Made by a program: the position numbers and the translations under genes | Shown: piece after piece, positions 58,320-64,000 of the stretch | Position numbering within the stretch: position 1 is the first letter of the stretch | How the letters are laid out: every line of letters starts with the position of its first letter | The notes under the pieces: generated by a model | Seen by the model: the letters and a program-made list of their open reading frames with translations, nothing else | Told to the model about the DNA's origin: nothing | The model's database searches: none | From: Eledone cirrhosa | Taxonomy: Eukaryota | Assembly (NCBI GenBank): GCA_964016885.1 | Contig: OZ024753.1 | Location: 19,964,001-20,028,000 of the forward strand | Length of the DNA: 64,000 bases | Direction of reading: 5' to 3'

Positions 58320-58410
58320 ATATATATATTATACACATATATATAGTGTACATATATATATTGTACATATATATATTTTGCATATATATATATATATATA
58401 TATACTATAC

Positions 58411-58489
<79 letters not shown>

Positions 58490-58675
58490 AACGAGTAGGA
58501 GCCTGACGGCTGAGCTCAAGCCGTTTCAACGGCTAATTTGTCCAGAATTAGCCGTCGAAACGGCTTGAGCTCAGCCGTCGGGGTCCTACTCGTTCCTATT
58601 ACCCACTCTACTACCCTAAGTATTGAGTACTTTGGTGCGTTATGGTCCACCTGGTTCCTTACCACATTTCCTCCG

Positions 58676-58797
<122 letters not shown>

Positions 58798-58954
58798 TAT
58801 ATATATATATATATATATAGTAATAAGGATATTTATATTTATATATGTTCAATACAATTATAAATATGGAGGGTAGTACTACGTTCTAGCCGGTTACCGG
58901 TATGACAAAAGGCTCAATACAAATTTTCAAGTGTTTTACAGAGCCGGGATACAA

Positions 58955-59753
58955 AGTGTTAAAACGATCAAATTTTAGTTTAGCACATATATTTGCTGAC
59001 AATTGTTTCTTCCAGTGGGTAACCGCTAATCACATCTGGAAAGTATATATAGCCTCAACATCAAATAGCTTTAAGACCACATATAATTCACACCTTCATT
59101 CGTTTAGAAACCCTAAACTTACCAGCATAACTTCACTATCCACATACATACACTCATTAAAATCAAGTAATATACCATACACATTAAAATGGGAAGTGAT
59201 AGCTAAGGCCCCTTCATATAGACCACCAAAAAAATGTGTAAACTATGCATCCTCGAGTCTAGAAATCTTATTCACTATAATCTTAGCCTACTAAATAGGA
59301 AATCAGAGATATTCTCCACGTGTCCACATTACCATAGATTCTCTTTCCACTACGTCAAACCTAGTAACTAATAATAATAATAATAATAAAAATAAAAACC
59401 AATGTCGGAGATAACACTAGACGACCACCTTTTAGTTTATCCAATTACATCTTCACAAATATAGGACTACACCTTATTTTATAAACCACACTGACATACA
59501 TACAGTCAATAAACCCGTTGTTTGATCTCTTACTTTATACAATAAAAATAATTAAATAATATAAACACTCTAATATAATCTCAATATATACAACACCATC
59601 TAAAATGCAGACAAACTGTGTATATAAGTCCAATTACTCCAGTATATATTATGCAACTCACTATCCTGTCATAAAAAATGTCAACTCTCTCTGCACAATA
59701 TGTATATAAATATATATATATATATACACATCCTCACACACACACACACACAC

Positions 59754-59850
<97 letters not shown>

Positions 59851-60853
59851 ATATTATATATACATAAACTAACTTCATAAAAACTTTCGAGTTATAATAA
59901 AATAATTTTTAAAACATAAATAAAAAATGTTTTTAACTCCCTCCACACAAGTTTAAAAGATAATAATTATAGAACCAATAATATTTTATATACTCTATAA
60001 AGATTAATTGAGAACACTACTACAATAATAGTAAAACAACCATTGAATTATCAACAACCTTCATTATATCCCTTTGTTATTAACGCCCTTCACATCTTCT
60101 TGTGTAAACTCATAAAATTAAGCAAACTAACGGTTTACCAACAGTTTCATAACGATTAATACAAACCCTAGAAAAGATCATTTGTAGGTAAAAATGCATA
60201 AGATAATATACCTACAATAACAACATGGCCAGTAATTCGGTGGAATCTACATTTAACAAACATCTACTGATTATAAACGACTCAAAATAATCCCATGGCT
60301 AATAGCTGTGAGTTACAAACAACATATACACATACATACGAACTACAACACAAAAACACTTGAATAAAAATCACCTATCCAACTCTATCACGTGCTTTGC
60401 ATTACACCTCATATAACAAATTGCACGCCATCTTAAACATTTCTAACACTTATAATATGCTTTAACACCCCCACACAAAGTATGTTTATTTCAGCTGCAT
60501 TATAACTCTTTCCTCATACATGCCTTATTGACTGTATTGACTCCTGAATTGTACCCCACTTTTCCTTGCTTGTAACTTTTTTTTCCTGTACTGTTTTACT
60601 TATACCTTTTACATTTTCTACCAGTGCTGTTTGTAATTATATTCTCTCAAGCATAACATCTTTTTAAATCCTGACCGCCACATGATGCATTTGACACTAA
60701 AAACAATTATGTACCCTAAATGTTCTGAATGACTATGATTTTAGTTACAAGTTTCGACATTACCTATGCTCCGATGAATCCAGACTTCCCTCTGCAAGAA
60801 ACAATTACAAATAAATGTTCTAAACTAAAATGTGATCGTTTTAACACTTTGTA
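58955..60853 (+). mobile_element. Short Naiad-like PLE copy: inverted partial pLTR (58955-59017), GIY-YIG remnant (59030-59370), 3' UTR/pLTR with damaged family F hammerhead (60767-60810)
   Basis: YIASTSNSFKTTYNSH, TSLSTYI, LKWEV. 58955-59017 is the reverse complement of 60790-60850. Confidence 0.85.
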
Positions 60854-60868
60854 TATATATATATATAC

Positions 60869-62458
60869 CTACATCGTCCGCACCCCCCGCACCCCCACCA
60901 TCTACTTCCTCCCCAAACTCCACAAACCCGACAACCCCGGCCGCCCCATCGTCTCCGCTTGCAACTGCCCCACCGAACTCATCTCCGCCTTTCTCGACTC
61001 CATCCTCGCCCCCCTTGTCACCACCCTCCCCTCCCACATCTCCGACACCAACCACGCCTGCGCCTTTTCGACTCCTTCACCTACCCACCCGGCCCACAGC
61101 CCTTCCTCTTCACCCTAGACATCAAGTCCCTCTATACCGTCATCCCCCACGCCGACGGCCTACGCACCCTCAAACACTACCTCGACCTTCGCCCCTCCCC
61201 CATTCCCTCCACCCCCACCCTCTTTCGCCTCGCCGAGCTGGTCCTCACCCTCAATTGTTTCTTCTACTCGGGTGAGTTTTACCAACAGGTCACGGGGGTA
61301 GCCATGGGTACAAGAATAGGCCCGAACTATGCCAACCTTTTTGTTCGCCATGTTGAGGCCCAAATCTTTGCTGAGTACACCGGCCCCACGCCCGAACTGT
61401 ACGGTCGTTACATTGACGACTGTATCAGAGCCACGATCCTCACCCGAGAACAGCTCGACTCCTTTCTCTCCTTCTTCTGCTCCTTCCAACCCTCCCTCCA
61501 CTTCACCACCTCTATCTCCACCACACACGTCCACTTCTTAGACATCTCTGTCGCCTTCGACCTCTCCCACCACTCCCTCGTCACCTCCGCCTTCTTCAAA
61601 CCCACCGACTCCCACTCTTACCTCGCCTTCACCTCTTCCCACCCCACCCACACTAAACACTCCATTCGTTACTCCCAACTTCTCAGGATCCGCCGCCTCT
61701 GTAGCCGGGATGCTGACTTTGAGTCCCAGGCCCTTTCCCTAGTCAGCCATTTCATCCGCAGAGGTTACCCCCCTCTCTCGTCCACACTGCTCTCACCCGC
61801 GCCCGTGCTGTCCCCCGCTCCATCACCCTCACCCCACGCCACCGCACACCCACCCACCGTCACCCCTTCCCCATCACCTACCACCCCTCCACCTTACCCC
61901 TCCACCGCACCATCCGCCGCCTCTTCCGACGCCTCCAGTCCGACCCCTCCACCTCCCACATCTTCCCAACCCCACCAATCCCCTCCTTCAAACGCGCACG
62001 CAATCTCCGCACCCTCCTCGTCCACAGCTCCCTACCCCCAACTCACGCTCTGTTTCCCCCACGGTTCCTTTCCCTGTTCTAGGCCCCGCTGCAACACCTG
62101 TCCCCACATCACCAACACCACCACCTTCCAGGGTTCCCAACGACCACTCTCTCTCTGTCCGGCATGCCTTCCGCTGCACCTCCTCCAACCTAGTCTACGG
62201 ACTTCTTATGTCGGACAGACGGGACGTCGCCTGGCGGACCGATTCACTGAGCACCTCCAGGATATTCGTCTCGGGGGTAGTTCCCCCATCGCCCGCCACT
62301 TTGGTGGCCCTGGACATTCCGCACACCATCTCACAGTCTGTGGCCTACTCCAATGCCACGGAACACCCGCCAATCGCCTTAGAGTCGAACAAAGAACTAT
62401 CTTCATCTTACAGACCCACACTCCCCCCGGCCTGAACTCCCCACCCTTATTCCTTTAG
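60869..62458 (+). pseudogene. C-rich Neptune-like PLE RT + GIY-YIG, 5' truncated, several frameshifts
   Basis: YFLPKLHK..PGRPIVS, TLDIKSLYT, GVAMGT, RYIDD, CSRPRCNTC, YVGQTGRRLADRFTEH, P.GLN. Confidence 0.95.
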
Positions 62459-63966
62459 CCTTCGACCGCCCCCCTCCCCCCACACTTATCCCCCACTAAC
62501 ACCACTAACACACCCCTCCTTTTCACCGCCCACTCCACAACTAACAATACTAACACCTCCACTCCACCCCTCATCCGACCACCCTTCCCCCACTAACATA
62601 CTAACATCCCTCCCTTCTTCTCCTCCTCCCCCCTCCTTATCACACGCACACACCCACCGCACATATATACACGCGCTCACACTAAACACACACCCTACTA
62701 CCACCACTAACCCTCACCCCCACACCTCTCACCCAACACCTCCATCCCACCACCCCGCAACTAACCTCACTAACACCCCCTGACTCCAAACACACGAACA
62801 CACGCACCCACTTACACCACCCACCCCACACGCAACTAACATCACTAACACCCCCCAACCCCACGCACACGTACCCACACACCCTCGTACACCACCAACT
62901 CTACACACCCTACCACCACTAACCCCCACTCACACCTGCAGTCAACCCTTCCCCACCTCCCATATACTAACACCCACTAACACCCCTTCATCAAACTACA
63001 CACACACCAGTACACCACACTCCCTCCATAGAACTACACACACCCTTCTCTCCCCGCTCCACTCACACCCTCTCTCCACACTCACTCATCCCACTAACAC
63101 CTCTACTAATACACACACACACCCTCCTCACTCTAACTTTCACACCTACCCATCCTCGCCCCTTTACCATTCCACCGACTGCTGCTATGCCCTCTGACCA
63201 CCTCCCAGCACAAACAGACACACAGCACTCCCACTGCTTGACCACTTCCTGTTGCGCGCGCACCCCACATCTCTCCTCTTCCGACCATCGCTTCATGGAA
63301 TACTCGTATGTGTAACTTAACCACCACAGAATCCACTAAACATCATAGTATTTTACCAACTTTTCAACCATCCTCTTACGTAATCACCTATATAACTCAC
63401 CCACACACACACCCCAAAAACATTTTTTTCTCCACATGCCATCTACACCCACAACACGCTTAAACCCCACACACACGTGCTTTCCACCACATATTTACAC
63501 CCTCAGCCTCCTGATTCCTCTCCCCCACCCCTCTATCCACACACGCACAGACACTCCGACCTACAACCCCCCCCCCCCCCCCACACACACACACACCTCT
63601 TCCTGAACATGCAACCTCGTTCTTCCCCCAACCCTTACTTTCACATACACACACACACACACACACGTACACCTACACACACACACCACCTTCAGCCCTC
63701 CCCGCTCGGACACCCCGTCTCCCTCTCCCCACTCCACCCGCCGCCACCCCTACACACCCCACACCCTTCCACCACCTGTTTTACCCCCCTTTTAATTTCA
63801 GTTTATTTTGATCATGCTTTTATATTTAAATTTATTTCATTCCTTGTATTTTGATCATGCTTTACTTTTATTTTTATTTTTAATTTCATTCGCACCGTTT
63901 CCTTTCGCTATATGTCTCTCCACCACTCCCCTACACACCCTTTGAACTCTGTTCCCACACACTTCT

Positions 63967-64000
63967 CACCCGAGGAAGGGCTTATGCCTGAAACGTCGTT
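63967..64000 (+). ncRNA. Hammerhead-like motif (core CCGAGGA) in the 3' pLTR of the Neptune-like PLE; cut by the window end
   Basis: CAC-CCGAGGA-AGG(GCTTATG)CCT-GAAA-CGTCGTT. Confidence 0.6.

Overview
This is AT-rich animal genomic DNA, most likely a cephalopod/octopus (inferred from the SINE types and extreme (TA)n/(TG)n density). It has a 200-N gap at 57002-57201. Nearly all ORFs in the track are microsatellite translations. The window contains: (1) at least 8 decayed or 5'-truncated Penelope-like retroelements (PLE; RT + GIY-YIG), four of them Naiad-like; (2) about 25 type I hammerhead ribozyme (HHR) motifs from about 15 unrelated families, in PLE pseudo-LTRs and short non-coding elements inserted in (TA)n tracts, including variant cores and very large stem II insertions; (3) many tRNA-derived SINEs and an RTE LINE 3' end; (4) a 3.7-kb array of a 47-bp hairpin-containing unit and smaller minisatellites; (5) five phase-compatible + strand candidate exons (3480-29817) of an unidentified host gene. 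All folds and splice calls were made by eye and need computational confirmation.
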